NCBI GenBank assembly: GCA_965242525.1
Contig: OZ251459.1
Coordinates: forward strand, 2,880,001-2,944,000
DNA: 64,000 nucleotides
Source of the DNA: an uncultured Candidatus Binatia bacterium
GTDB lineage: Bacteria; Desulfobacterota; Binatia; UBA9968; JAJDTQ01
Reading direction: 5' to 3'
Part shown: positions 46,157-56,400 of the stretch, in pieces
Numbering within the stretch: position 1 is the first letter of the stretch
Layout: every line of letters begins with the position of its first letter
Program-made: the position numbers and the translations under genes
The notes under the pieces: generated by a model
Seen by the model: only the letters and a program-made list of their open reading frames with translations
Told to the model about the DNA's origin: nothing
Databases searched by the model: none

Positions 46157-48079
46157 TCATGCCGGGCTGAGGCCCACGTGTTCTCCGGGCAGCGACTCGC
46201 TGCCGGGGCGGTGGGACAGCAACCGCAGGGCCTGTTGGAAGATCCCGTCCGCGCTCAGGCCGTAGTTCTTGCGCAGGAGGTCCTGGGGACCCTGTTCGAT
46301 GAAGCGATCGGGCAGCCCCATGCAGCGGACGGGCAGGTTCACGATGCCTTCCCCGGCCAGCAGCTCCAGGACCGCGGACCCGAACCCGCCCATGGCCGAG
46401 GCTTCCTCCACGGTGAGCAGGCATTTCACTTGCCGCGCCACCTCGCCGATCAGGGCGGCGTCGAGGGGCTTGACGAACCTCGCGTTGACCACCGCGGCGG
46501 AAACCCCCTCCCGCTCCAGCCGCTCGGCCGCGGCCACGGCCTGGTGGACGGTGACGCCGATGGCCACCAGGGCGATGTCCGCGCCTTCCCGCAACAGCTC
46601 GCCCTTGCCCAGGGGCAACGCCTGCGGCGTCGGGTCCATGTCCACCCCGAGGCCCGACCCCCGGGGATAGCGGACCGCGGCGGGCCGGTCGTAGCCGACG
46701 CACGACTTGACCATGTGCTGCAGCTCGTTCTCGTCCCTGGGGGCCATGACCACCATGTTGGGCACGTGCCGGAGGTAGGCGAAATCGAACGCCCCGTGGT
46801 GCGTGGTCCCGTCCTCGGCAACGAGTCCGCCGCGGTCGATGCAGAGAGTCACCGGAAGGTTCTGGGTGGCCACGTCGTGCACCACCTGGTCGTAGGCCCG
46901 TTGCAGGAACGTGGAGTAGATGGGGATGACCGGCCTCATGCCCTGTGCGGCCATGCCCGCGGCGAAGGTCACCGCGTGCTGTTCGGCGATGCCCACGTCG
47001 TAGAACCGCTCCGGGAACACCTTCTCGAAGGCGGACAGCCCCGTCCCCTCCGACATGGCCGCGGTGATGGCCACGATGCGCGGGTCTTCCCCCGCCATTC
47101 GGACGAGGGTGTTGACCGCGACGCTGCTGTAGGAAGGCCGGGCGGGCCTTCGCTTGGGGCGGCCCGTGTCGCGCTCGAAGGGGGAGCTCGCGTGGAACCA
47201 CACGGGGTCGGCCATGGCGGGTCCGTAGCCCAGCCCCTTCTTCGTCACCACGTGCAACAGGGTCGGACCTTCCATGCCGAGCACGTTCTCCAGGGTCGGC
47301 AACAGGTGGTCGAAGTTGTGGCCGTCGATGGGGCCGAAGTACCGGAAACCCAGTTCCTCGAACAGCAACCCGGGCAGCACGGTCCCCTTGGCCAACGCCC
47401 GGGCCCGACTGGCCATCCTCTGCATCTGGCCGCCGATGCGGGGCATCTTGCCCAGCGCCCACCGGGTCTCCCCGGTCACCCGGTCGAAGAGCCTGCCCGT
47501 GATGATCCGGTTCAGGTAGGCCGAGACGGCGCCCACGTTCCGGGAGATGGACATCTGGTTGTCGTTCAGCAGCACCAGCAGGTTCTTCCCCGAACTCCCC
47601 GCCTGCTGGAGCCCCTCCATGGTCAGGCCGGAGGTCAACGCCCCGTCGCCCACGACGCAGACGACCTTGTGGGTCTGCCCCCGGTTCTCCCGGGCCTCCA
47701 CGAACCCCACCGCGGCCGAAACGCCGGTGCCCGCGTGCCCCGCGTCGAAGGTGTCGTACCCGCTCTCCTCGCGCTTGCAGAACCCGCTCAACCCGCCGAA
47801 CCGCCGAAGGGTATGGAACTGCTCCTGGCGCCCGGTCAACAGCTTGTGGGCGTAGGACTGGTTGCCGGTGTCCCAGACGATCAGGTCCCTGGGGGTGTCC
47901 AGCAGGTAGTGGAGGGCCACCGTCAACTCGACCACGCCGAGGTTGGAGGCCAAGTGCCCGCCCACGTCGGACAGGACCGTGAGGATGCGGTCGCGGATTT
48001 CCTCGCAAAGCTGCGGGAACTGCTCCGGCGGCAACTTCTTGAGGTCGGCCGGGGAGGCGATGGTCTTCAGGATGGACAT
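46157..48079 (-). CDS. dxs: 1-deoxy-D-xylulose-5-phosphate synthase
   Basis: GGHLASNLGVVELT, GDGALT..NDN, FEELGFRYFGPIDGH, DVGIAEQHAVT, YSTFLQRAYDQ. Confidence 0.96.
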   Translation of the reverse strand: MSILKTIASPADLKKLPPEQFPQLCEEIRDRILTVLSDVGGHLASNLGVVELTVALHYLLDTPRDLIVWDTGNQSYAHKLLTGRQEQFHTLRRFGGLSGFCKREESGYDTFDAGHAGTGVSAAVGFVEARENRGQTHKVVCVVGDGALTSGLTMEGLQQAGSSGKNLLVLLNDNQMSISRNVGAVSAYLNRIITGRLFDRVTGETRWALGKMPRIGGQMQRMASRARALAKGTVLPGLLFEELGFRYFGPIDGHNFDHLLPTLENVLGMEGPTLLHVVTKKGLGYGPAMADPVWFHASSPFERDTGRPKRRPARPSYSSVAVNTLVRMAGEDPRIVAITAAMSEGTGLSAFEKVFPERFYDVGIAEQHAVTFAAGMAAQGMRPVIPIYSTFLQRAYDQVVHDVATQNLPVTLCIDRGGLVAEDGTTHHGAFDFAYLRHVPNMVVMAPRDENELQHMVKSCVGYDRPAAVRYPRGSGLGVDMDPTPQALPLGKGELLREGADIALVAIGVTVHQAVAAAERLEREGVSAAVVNARFVKPLDAALIGEVARQVKCLLTVEEASAMGGFGSAVLELLAGEGIVNLPVRCMGLPDRFIEQGPQDLLRKNYGLSADGIFQQALRLLSHRPGSESLPGEHVGLSPA

Positions 48080-48220
48080 GACATGCAATAGGGCTGATTA
48101 CACTTGGCAAGTCAAGAGGACCCGGACCCCCCGCCGGACAAGGGAAGGACCTCGTTGGCGCCCGCGAAGGAGCGGGCTGATCCGGGAAGAACGGCGGCAG
48201 CGGGCGCAGGGCTTTCGCAA

Positions 48221-48256
48221 GCCTCGTCCCTGCCGTGCGGCTTGCAGGGACGAGGC
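48221..48256 (-). terminator. 13-bp perfect hairpin downstream of the NHLP gene
   Basis: gcctcgtccctgc / gcagggacgaggc. Confidence 0.45.
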
Positions 48257-48340
48257 CGCAAATCGTGGACTCTGCCGTCTCGACCGCGGGACACGGACTC
48301 GACATCGCGAGCCCGCAAGACCGCTAAGCGGCCGGCAGGA

Positions 48341-48637
48341 TTACCAAGTCGAGGGAAAGAAAAATTTCCACACGCCGCTACCGTCGTCGACCATCGTCAC
48401 GGAACCGCCGGCGACCGCCTGCAGATCGTCTTCGTTCAGTTTGCTGTCGGGGGGAAGGATCAGGTGCACGGTCGTGGCGGTCTGTTCGTGGACCTCGACC
48501 GACATGGACTCCGGAACCCTGACGCCCAGCGCCTGCTCGACGGCTCCCTTCGGATCGCTGAGCAGCCGGGCGCGAAAATCCGCATCCTGGTCCGCCTTGC
48601 CGATGATCTTCTCCTGCATTTCCCTTACGGTTTCCAT
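48341..48637 (-). CDS. NHLP (nitrile hydratase-like leader) RiPP precursor, proteusin type
   Basis: KADQDADFRARLLSDPK...HLILPP...LNEDDLQAVAGG leader, then core SVTMVDDGSGVWKFFFPSTW; SD aggagg. Confidence 0.88.
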   Translation of the reverse strand: METVREMQEKIIGKADQDADFRARLLSDPKGAVEQALGVRVPESMSVEVHEQTATTVHLILPPDSKLNEDDLQAVAGGSVTMVDDGSGVWKFFFPSTW

Positions 48638-49012
48638 AGGTTACTCCTCCTTCAGAGCCGGTTTTCAGGTACACCGCACGACTACGCGCAACCTATGATA
48701 CCGATTGGACCATGTCAAGACCCAATGCACGAAAAATACGGTTGTCAGGGATTTTCGGGGAAAGCGCCCACGCCCGCCGTCCGTGCGTGATCGCCCGGTC
48801 CCCGCACGCTCCAGCGAGGTCCCCTCTTGCCGGGCGGCGGCTTCGGGGCGCGCAGAGGCTCCCCGGTCTTGACCCGCGGCGCCGCGGGACGCTATACAGG
48901 GTTCCTGTTCCCGGGCCGGGCGCGAAGCCGGCCCGTTTTCGTTGCCCGGACGTCGGGGGCCTGCGCCACCGGCGTTTCCGACCACGTCCATTCCAATCCA
49001 AGGAGCGATTCC

Positions 49013-50143
49013 ATGGGAGAAGACATCAGCGGCGCCGTAGCGGAGAAGACCAAGTTCACCTATGACCACTGGATGGAGTCCCTGGGTATCCCGATCCACA
49101 CGGGGTACTTCATCGGCGACCTGCGCACCTGCGACCTCGAATGGTGGGAGGCCCGCAAGTGCAAGGCGGCCTTCATGCAGCTCATGGGGCAGGAGGGCGT
49201 CACCGGGGCATGGATCCAGGAGGTCGCCCCCGGAGAGTCCACGCCGCCGGTGAGGTTCGCCCTCGACGAGGTGGTCTATGTGGTGGGGGGCCGGGGCACC
49301 ACCACCGTATGGCGGGACGACGACGGCGCGAAGAAGACCTTCGAGTGGCAGAACAACAGCATGTTCATCGTGCCCCGCAACTACCACTACGCCATCAACA
49401 ACATGCAGGGGGACAAGGTGGTCCGCCTGCTGCACTACAACTACCTGCCCCTGGCCATGTCCGCGGTGGGAGACCCGGACTTCTTCTTCGACAACCCCTT
49501 CGCCGGGCAGGACGTGATCGCCTCCGAGGACGGCGAGTTCTATTCCGAGGCCAAGATGGTCACGGATTCGGGCAAGTGGAACGTGTGGAACCGGCGCGTC
49601 TATTGGTACGGGAACTTCTTCCCGGACATGCGCGCCTGGGACAAGCTGGACGAGAACAAGCGGCGGGGGGCCGGGGGCCACAGCGTGTTCATCGAGTTCC
49701 CCAACTCGGAGCTCTCCTGCCACATGTCCGTGTTCGCGGCGCGCACCTACAAGAAGGCGCACCGGCACGGCCCCGGGCGGGTCATCGTCATCCCCGCGGG
49801 CGAAGGCTACTCGATCCTGTGGGAGGAGGGGAAGGAGAAGATCGTGGTGCCGTGGCGCGAGGCCAGCGTGTTCGTGCCGCCCAACAAGTGGTTCCACCAG
49901 CACTTCAACGCCGGCGCCACGCCCGCGCGGTACCTGGCCTTCCACCCGCCCATGCAGTTCCACGGCTACGCGGAGAAGGTCGAGGACCGGGCCAAGGACC
50001 AGATCGAGTACCCGGACGAGGACCCCTTCGTCCGGCAGAAGTTCGAGGAGGAGTTGGCCAAGCGGGGCACCACCAGCCTGATGCACGAGGAAGCCTACAC
50101 CAACTACGACTACGAGTGGTCCAAGGGGATGGGAAAACAGTAG
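49013..50143 (+). CDS. Bicupin domain protein
   Basis: Two cupin-like motifs (DEVVYVVGGRG; KKAHRHGPG...WFHQHFN); SD aaggag. Confidence 0.8.
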   Translation: MGEDISGAVAEKTKFTYDHWMESLGIPIHTGYFIGDLRTCDLEWWEARKCKAAFMQLMGQEGVTGAWIQEVAPGESTPPVRFALDEVVYVVGGRGTTTVWRDDDGAKKTFEWQNNSMFIVPRNYHYAINNMQGDKVVRLLHYNYLPLAMSAVGDPDFFFDNPFAGQDVIASEDGEFYSEAKMVTDSGKWNVWNRRVYWYGNFFPDMRAWDKLDENKRRGAGGHSVFIEFPNSELSCHMSVFAARTYKKAHRHGPGRVIVIPAGEGYSILWEEGKEKIVVPWREASVFVPPNKWFHQHFNAGATPARYLAFHPPMQFHGYAEKVEDRAKDQIEYPDEDPFVRQKFEEELAKRGTTSLMHEEAYTNYDYEWSKGMGKQ

Positions 50144-50146
50144 GCC

Positions 50147-51658
50147 ATGCACGACGACCACGAACACCCCGAACACTTTCACCCGGGCGCCGACGCCATC
50201 GTGGAGGACATCGAGGGAATCGAGATGTTCTCGCTCACGAGCGTGGGCATCGACATCGGCTCTTCCACCTCGCACCTGGTGTTCTCCCACCTGACGCTCC
50301 GGCGCGAGGGCGCCGGGCTGTCCGCCCGGTTCAAGGTCACCGACCGGGAGGTGCTGTACCGCTCGCCCATCATGCTGACGCCGTACAGCTCGGGCGCCCT
50401 CATCGACACGGCCAGGGTGCAGGACTTCATCCACGAGTCCTACCGCGCGGCCGGCTACACCCACGACGACATCGACACCGGCGCGGTGGTGATCACGGGC
50501 GAGGCCCTCAACAAGGAGAACTCCCGCCCGATCCTGGAGTACTTCGCCAAGGACTCCGGCAAGTTCATCTGCGCTTCCGCGGGACCCAACCACGAGGCGC
50601 TGCTGGCGGCCTACGGCTGCGGCGCGGTGGACCTGTCCAAGTCGGCCGGCGCAACGGTGCTGAACATCGACATGGGCGGGGGCACCACCAAGCTGTCGCT
50701 GATCCGGGACGGGACGGTGACGCAGACCGCGGCCATCAGCGTGGGGGCGCGCCTCATCGCCTTCGACGAAGACGACACGGTGACCCGGGTGGAGCTTCCC
50801 GCCAGGTTCATCACGCGGGAGCTGGGAACCCCGGTGGAGGTGGGGCAGGTCGTCACCGAGGAGGTCAAGCGGGCGTTCGCCGCCTACATGGGGACCTACC
50901 TGTTCAACGTCATCCGGGCCAAGCCCCTCTCCGACCTGGAAACGCACCTGCTGGTGACCGACCGGCTGCCCGACTACGACGGCTTGGAGAGCATCGACCA
51001 CATCGTCTTCTCCGGCGGGGTGTCGGAGCACATCTACGACCACGATACGCCGTCCTACGGCGACGTGGGTCCCTACCTGGGCAAGGAGATCCGCGCCCGC
51101 ATCGCCGAACTCAACCGGGCGGACCTGGTCAAGGAGCCGGTGGAGGGCATCCGCGCCACGGTCATCGGAGCCGGCGAGTACACGATCCAGGCCAGCGGCA
51201 ACACCAGCTACCTGTCCAGCGAGACGCCGCTCCCGGTGTACGGGCTGCAAGTGGTCAAGGCCCTCATCCACGAGGATTCCGACGTGCAGGGCGCGCTGCG
51301 GACGGCGCTGGCCAAGTTCGACCTGGAGAAGTTCCAGCCGGGCCTCGCCCTGGCCCTGGGGCTGCAAGGCGTGCCCAACTACAAGTTCATCCGGCGGGTA
51401 GCCGAAGGCGTCGCCGCGGTGGTGAACGAGTCGGAAGAGCCCGACCTGGACGTCTTCCTGATCCTGGACATGGACGTGGCCAAGTCCCTGGGCGGCATCC
51501 TCAAGGAGGAGTTGAAGGTGGCCCCGGAGGTCATCGCGGTGGACGGCATCGACGTGGGCGACCTGGACTTCATCGACGTGGGCAACGCCATGGGGGTGAC
51601 CGAGGTCATCCCGGTAACCATCCGCTCGTTCATGTTCCCGGAGAGCCGCCTGGTCTAG
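50147..51658 (+). CDS. EutA-like reactivating factor (actin-like ATPase)
   Basis: SVGIDIGSSTSHLVFS, GAVVITGEA, AGPNHEALLAAYG, NIDMGGGTTK, IRATVIGAG. Confidence 0.85.
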   Translation: MHDDHEHPEHFHPGADAIVEDIEGIEMFSLTSVGIDIGSSTSHLVFSHLTLRREGAGLSARFKVTDREVLYRSPIMLTPYSSGALIDTARVQDFIHESYRAAGYTHDDIDTGAVVITGEALNKENSRPILEYFAKDSGKFICASAGPNHEALLAAYGCGAVDLSKSAGATVLNIDMGGGTTKLSLIRDGTVTQTAAISVGARLIAFDEDDTVTRVELPARFITRELGTPVEVGQVVTEEVKRAFAAYMGTYLFNVIRAKPLSDLETHLLVTDRLPDYDGLESIDHIVFSGGVSEHIYDHDTPSYGDVGPYLGKEIRARIAELNRADLVKEPVEGIRATVIGAGEYTIQASGNTSYLSSETPLPVYGLQVVKALIHEDSDVQGALRTALAKFDLEKFQPGLALALGLQGVPNYKFIRRVAEGVAAVVNESEEPDLDVFLILDMDVAKSLGGILKEELKVAPEVIAVDGIDVGDLDFIDVGNAMGVTEVIPVTIRSFMFPESRLV

Positions 51659-51736
51659 CGGCCTCGCCGGACACCGAAGCCGGATACCCAAGGACCCGCG
51701 GCGAAACGGTCCCATTCCACTTCCAGAGGTGAGCCA

Positions 51737-53965
51737 ATGGCGGAAACACACAACGTGGGCGTCCCCACGCCCCGCATCGACGGCGAGTACAAGGTGAGCG
51801 GCAAGGCCAAGTACGCCGTGGACGTCACCTTCCCCGACATGCTGTGGGGCAAGATCCTGCGGAGCCCCATCTCCCACGGCCGGATCAAGGGCATCGACAC
51901 ATCCAGGGCCATGCAGGTCCCGGGGGTGGTCGGCATCCTCACCGGCGCGGACGTTGCCGGACTGCGCATCGGTCGGCGGGTGGTGGACATGCCCATCGTG
52001 GCCGACGGCGTCGTCCGGTTCATCGGCGAGAAGGTGGCCGCGGTGTCCGCGGAAACGGAGGACGCGGCCGAGGAAGCCGCGGCGCTCATCGAGGTGGAGT
52101 ACGAGGAGATGGACCCCGTGCTCGACCCGCTGGAGGCCATGGAGCCGTCGGCGCCGCTGCTCCACCCCGAGGTCCACACCTACAAGGGCCTGCCCCAGAA
52201 ACTCGCCGGGCCCACCAACCGGGTCATCTACGTCAACTGGGAGAAGGGCGACGTCCACAAGGGGTTCGAGGAAGCGGACGTCATCGTCGAGAACACCTTC
52301 ACCACGCCCAAGGTCCACCAGGCGTACATCGAGCCGCATTCCTGCGTGGTGAAGACCGATCCCGCCACCGGAGCGGCCGAGGTCTGGGCGTGCAGCAAGG
52401 TGCCCTACGGCATCCGCGACCAGGTGGCCAACGCGGTTCGGGTGGACCCGGAGAAGATCGTCGTCAACCCCTGCTACATCGGCGGCGACTTCGGCGGCAA
52501 GGGCGACTTCATGGACATCGCCCTGTGCTACTCCCTTTCGAAGAAGAGCAACGGGCGCCCGGTGAAGATCGTCATGGACTACGACGAAGAGTTCATCGCC
52601 GGCAACCCGCGCCATGCGTCGGTCATCAAGGTCAAGACCGGCGCGAAGAAAGACGGGACCATCGTGGCCCACCACATGGACTTCGTGTTCGACACCGGAG
52701 CCTACTGCGCGTTCAAGCCCAACGGCATACTCGGCGGACCGCAGAAGTCCCCCGGTCCCTACAACATGCCCAACACCCTGGTCGAAGAGCACATGGTCTA
52801 TACCAACCAGGTTCCGTGCGGGCACATGCGCTCTCCGGGCGACCCCCAGGGGTTCTTCGCCAACGAGAGCCAGTTGGACCTGCTGGCCCAGGCCCTGGAC
52901 ATGAACCCCGCGGACCTGCGCAAGAAGAACCTGCTGGAGGGGGTCGCCGACTCGCCCGTGGGCGAGAAGGTGGATTACGTGGGCTCCCACGAGATCTTCG
53001 ACCGGGCCCTGGAGGAGGTGAAGTACTACGAGGCCAGGCCCAGGAACGTGGGGCGGGGCATCGGCCTCGTGCAATGGTCGGTGAACGGCGGCAAGGGGCT
53101 GGTCAAGTTCCGGCTGGACGAGACCGGCACCCTGACGGTGTCGTCCGCCATGCTCGACCAGGGGGTCGGCACCTTCACGCTGCTGGAGCAGATGGCGGAG
53201 CAGGAGCTCAAGATCCCGGCCGAGTGCATCCGGTTCGAGCACTTCGACACCAGCGCCGGCATCAAGGACTCGGGGCTGGGCGGCAGCCGCGGCACCCGGG
53301 TCTATGGCAACGCGGGCTACGACGGCATCATCAAGACCCGGGATGCGCTCCTGGAGCACGCGGCCAACGCCCTGGACGCCCCCAGGGAGGACCTGGACCT
53401 TGCCGACGGGCGGGTGGTGCACAAGAGCGCGGACCGGGGCGTCAGCTACGCCGACGTGGTCAAGGCCAAGGGCTCGGCCATCGAGACCACCGGACTCTAC
53501 GACGACACCTCCAAGGTGCCGGACGCGGCCATGTGCGCCCAGATCGCCGAGGTGGAGGTGGACCCGGAAACCGGCAACGTCGAGCTCAAGCGGCTGGTCA
53601 CCAGCCACAGCACCGGCACCATCCTGAACCCGCTGATGCACCAGGGCCAGATCGAGGGCGCCAGCATGACCGGCATCGGCTACGGCCTGATGGAGCACCT
53701 GATGGTGGACGACGGCAAGGTCACCACCGCCAACTTCGGCGACTACAAGATCCCCACCATCCGGGACGTGCCGGAACTGAAGACCCTGCTGTCCGAGACC
53801 AGCCGCGGCCCCGGCCCCTACAACAGCATGGCCATCGGCGAGACCGCCAACATCCCCACCGCCGGCGCCATCGCCAACGCCGTGGCCGACGCCGTAGGCG
53901 TCCGCATCACGTCCCTGCCCATCACGTCCGAAAAGGTGTTCGAGGCGCTGAAGGGGAAGGGGTAG
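51737..53965 (+). CDS. Xanthine dehydrogenase family molybdopterin-binding subunit
   Basis: KVSGKAKY, HQAYIEPH, GGDFGGK, GQIEG, IGE...GAIANAV. Confidence 0.92.
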   Translation: MAETHNVGVPTPRIDGEYKVSGKAKYAVDVTFPDMLWGKILRSPISHGRIKGIDTSRAMQVPGVVGILTGADVAGLRIGRRVVDMPIVADGVVRFIGEKVAAVSAETEDAAEEAAALIEVEYEEMDPVLDPLEAMEPSAPLLHPEVHTYKGLPQKLAGPTNRVIYVNWEKGDVHKGFEEADVIVENTFTTPKVHQAYIEPHSCVVKTDPATGAAEVWACSKVPYGIRDQVANAVRVDPEKIVVNPCYIGGDFGGKGDFMDIALCYSLSKKSNGRPVKIVMDYDEEFIAGNPRHASVIKVKTGAKKDGTIVAHHMDFVFDTGAYCAFKPNGILGGPQKSPGPYNMPNTLVEEHMVYTNQVPCGHMRSPGDPQGFFANESQLDLLAQALDMNPADLRKKNLLEGVADSPVGEKVDYVGSHEIFDRALEEVKYYEARPRNVGRGIGLVQWSVNGGKGLVKFRLDETGTLTVSSAMLDQGVGTFTLLEQMAEQELKIPAECIRFEHFDTSAGIKDSGLGGSRGTRVYGNAGYDGIIKTRDALLEHAANALDAPREDLDLADGRVVHKSADRGVSYADVVKAKGSAIETTGLYDDTSKVPDAAMCAQIAEVEVDPETGNVELKRLVTSHSTGTILNPLMHQGQIEGASMTGIGYGLMEHLMVDDGKVTTANFGDYKIPTIRDVPELKTLLSETSRGPGPYNSMAIGETANIPTAGAIANAVADAVGVRITSLPITSEKVFEALKGKG

Positions 53966-54052
53966 GGGACGAAACGCGTCCTTCGACGCCCCGGGCCGGA
54001 TAGGGTCCACGGCGCCGCCCGGGATGGCCGCTACCCGGCTTCGGAGGGGACG

Positions 54053-54082
54053 TTGACAGGGTGGGCCGGGGTGTCGTATAAG
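54053..54082 (+). promoter_or_regulatory. Sigma70-like promoter of lipoprotein gene
   Basis: TTGACA-N18-TATAAG, followed by SD AGGAGG at 54097. Confidence 0.55.
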
Positions 54083-54425
54083 CAGGCCTGACCAACAGGA
54101 GGGATGGACATGCAGGGAACGATCTTGCCGTTGGCAGTAGCAGGCGCGTTGATGCTGGCCGGGTGCGGCGGCGGTGGCAAGAGCGCGTCCATGGCAGGCG
54201 GGCCTTTACCGACGCCGACACCGGCGCCTACGCCAACCTTTGAGCCGGAAACCATATTGGGGCCGGGAACCATACCCTTGCCCAAGGGTCATACGTTGCA
54301 GACAGGCACTATCTCTGCCGGTGAGTCCCGGACGGTTCGGGAAGCCGACGGCATGGAGACGGTGGTCAGGTGTTCTGCCGGCAGCGAAAACTGCAGGATC
54401 ACGGTTGCGGCCGACGGTACTGTTA

Positions 54426-55529
54426 TTAAGGGTCCGATTTTAGTTGCCATAGAACCAGAAGTATAGTATGATAACGGGTATGAACACGGACGGACGAAAA
54501 CTGGATCATCGGACCTTGACGGAATTGCGCCGGCGCGGGATTGCGAGCCTGCAAGCGGGGTCGAAGCCGACAGAAGTGGCGGCGGCCATGGGAGTGAACC
54601 TGCGCACGGTGTTCCGTTGGTTGGCGTTGTACCGCAGCGGGGGATGGGGGAAGCTGGACGCCCGCAAGCGAGGAGGGCGGCCTCCGAAGCTGGATGCGAG
54701 GGCGCTGAAATGGGTTTATGACACGGTGGTGGAGAAGAACCCGTTGCAGTTGCGGTTTCCGTTTGCGCTGTGGACGGCGAAGATGGTGCAGGAGCTGATC
54801 GACAGGCGATGGGGTGTGCGGCTGAGTCACAGTACGGTGTGCCGGTTGCTGGGGCAGATGGGATTGAGCGTGCAGCGTCCTGTTTGGCGTGCCTATCAAC
54901 AGGATCCGGAGGCGGCCCGTCATTGGCGGGAGGAGGAATACCCGAAGCTGCATGACCGGGCGAAGCGTGTGGGGGCGCAGATCTTCTTCGGAGACGAGGC
55001 GGGGGTTCGTTCGGACAGTCATTGGGGCACGACCTGGGGGCTTCGGGGGCATACTCCGGTGGTGTCGGGCACGGGGGCGCGGTTCGGGGCGAACCTCATC
55101 TCTGCCATCAGCGCCCGTGGGCATCTTCGCTTCATGGTGACTCCGGGGCGAGTGACGGCGCCGGTGTTCATCGGGTTTCTCAGACGCCTGATGGTGAATG
55201 CGACCTCTCCCATTTTCCTGATTGTGGACGGCCACCCGGTCCATCGGGCCAAGTCGGTGCGGCGTTTCGTGGAGGAACAGGAAGGGATGCTCGAGTTGCA
55301 TTACCTGCCGCCGTACTCGCCGGAACTCAACCCGGACGAACTGGTGTGGAACAACTTGAAGAACCAGGCGTTGGGGCGCAAGCGGATCACATCCCGGGAA
55401 ACCTTGCGAGCCATGACCATGTCTCACCTGCGTCGGATGCAACAACTGCCTGCTTTGATACGGAGCTTCTTCCATGCTCCCACTACTTGTTATACGAACT
55501 TGTAATGGTTTCTATTCTGAGAACCTTAA
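54426..55529 (+). mobile_element. IS630 family insertion sequence, 1104 bp, TA target duplication
   Basis: TA|TTAAGGGTCC...GCCAT and ATGGTTTC...ACCTTAA|TA imperfect terminal inverted repeats. Confidence 0.9.
54468..55505 (+). CDS. IS630 family transposase
   Basis: HTH, GGRPPKL, winged HTH, FGDEAG, VDGHPVH, LPPYSPELNPDELVW. Confidence 0.95.
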   Translation: MITGMNTDGRKLDHRTLTELRRRGIASLQAGSKPTEVAAAMGVNLRTVFRWLALYRSGGWGKLDARKRGGRPPKLDARALKWVYDTVVEKNPLQLRFPFALWTAKMVQELIDRRWGVRLSHSTVCRLLGQMGLSVQRPVWRAYQQDPEAARHWREEEYPKLHDRAKRVGAQIFFGDEAGVRSDSHWGTTWGLRGHTPVVSGTGARFGANLISAISARGHLRFMVTPGRVTAPVFIGFLRRLMVNATSPIFLIVDGHPVHRAKSVRRFVEEQEGMLELHYLPPYSPELNPDELVWNNLKNQALGRKRITSRETLRAMTMSHLRRMQQLPALIRSFFHAPTTCYTNL

Positions 55530-56356
55530 TACCTTGATAGCCGGTAGTCTTCGGATTGAAATTCGAGGTATCCGGGTTGTAACTCCGACTACTCCGCCGC
55601 CTCCGACAACTCAGCCAGTTCCGGTCTTTGAATCCCCGCTTGTGAGTTGGCGGGAACTGCCTGCCCTGGTTGACAGGTATGACCACTTGACGCAGATAAT
55701 ATCAAACAGCGTCCCGGACCCGAGACTGTCATGTGACGACGGCGTTACGGTCTGCCAAGACGTAGTGAAAAACCTGCTTGCGACCGCAACGGAGGAGACT
55801 GGAGTCCGAGGCTGGGACGGGGGGGAACGGTTTGGAGGACGTGCCGCATCCTGGTTAGGGAAACAGTTTTCAGGGACTAGGAACGACATCCATGAGGGAC
55901 ACTATTGGGGTGGCTGGCTCGATAATAGCATCTTCATTGCAGAACGCCGCTATAGATTTACTTCCATGGGCATAAGGGATACCAACCCGGTTATCGGGGT
56001 ATATCGGGGAGATGCCGTTGGGGAAGGCGGCAGTAGGGGATATTTCGAATTGAACTATACATCGGGCGCCCAGGAGGGTCAGCTAAGCATGACGATAAAA
56101 AATCTGTATGCGTGTCACCCGTGTGTCTGGTCGGACATTCCTGTTGATGATAACGGGGCGTTCGATAATGGCATAAGACCTGTTCGCCGCCTTCCCCTCG
56201 ACGACTTCGAAACAGCCCCTAGCCAACTGACAGGTAGGTTTTATCAAGGCGGCGAGGTAGGGGGGGTGTTCGCTTACAAGTCTGGCGGCATCAATGTCTA
56301 TGGGGCATTTGGGGGAAAGCGGAGCCCTGACGGACCCTAGCCAACCCTGACCCCCG

Positions 56357-56400
56357 GAAACGCCGCCCACGCTTTCCCACGGCGCCCAGGGCGGCGTTTC
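56357..56400. terminator. Hairpin between convergent lipoprotein and mcrC genes
   Basis: gaaacgccgccc / gggcggcgtttc. Confidence 0.45.

Larger units (their letters stand above)
54110..56340 (+). pseudogene. Surface lipoprotein gene disrupted by IS630 (374 aa when rejoined)
   Basis: Lipobox LAGC-GGG; removing the IS and one TA joins ...DGTV|TLIAGSLR... in frame; paralog of 6174-7322. Confidence 0.85.

Noticed and set aside
50147-51658. Ethanolamine utilisation (eut) operon
   Set aside because: No eutB/eutC or microcompartment genes in the window, so the symbol eutA was withheld.
55474-55530. Independent start of a 288-aa ORF
   Set aside because: It begins inside the IS630 end; the remainder is the C-terminal part of the interrupted lipoprotein.
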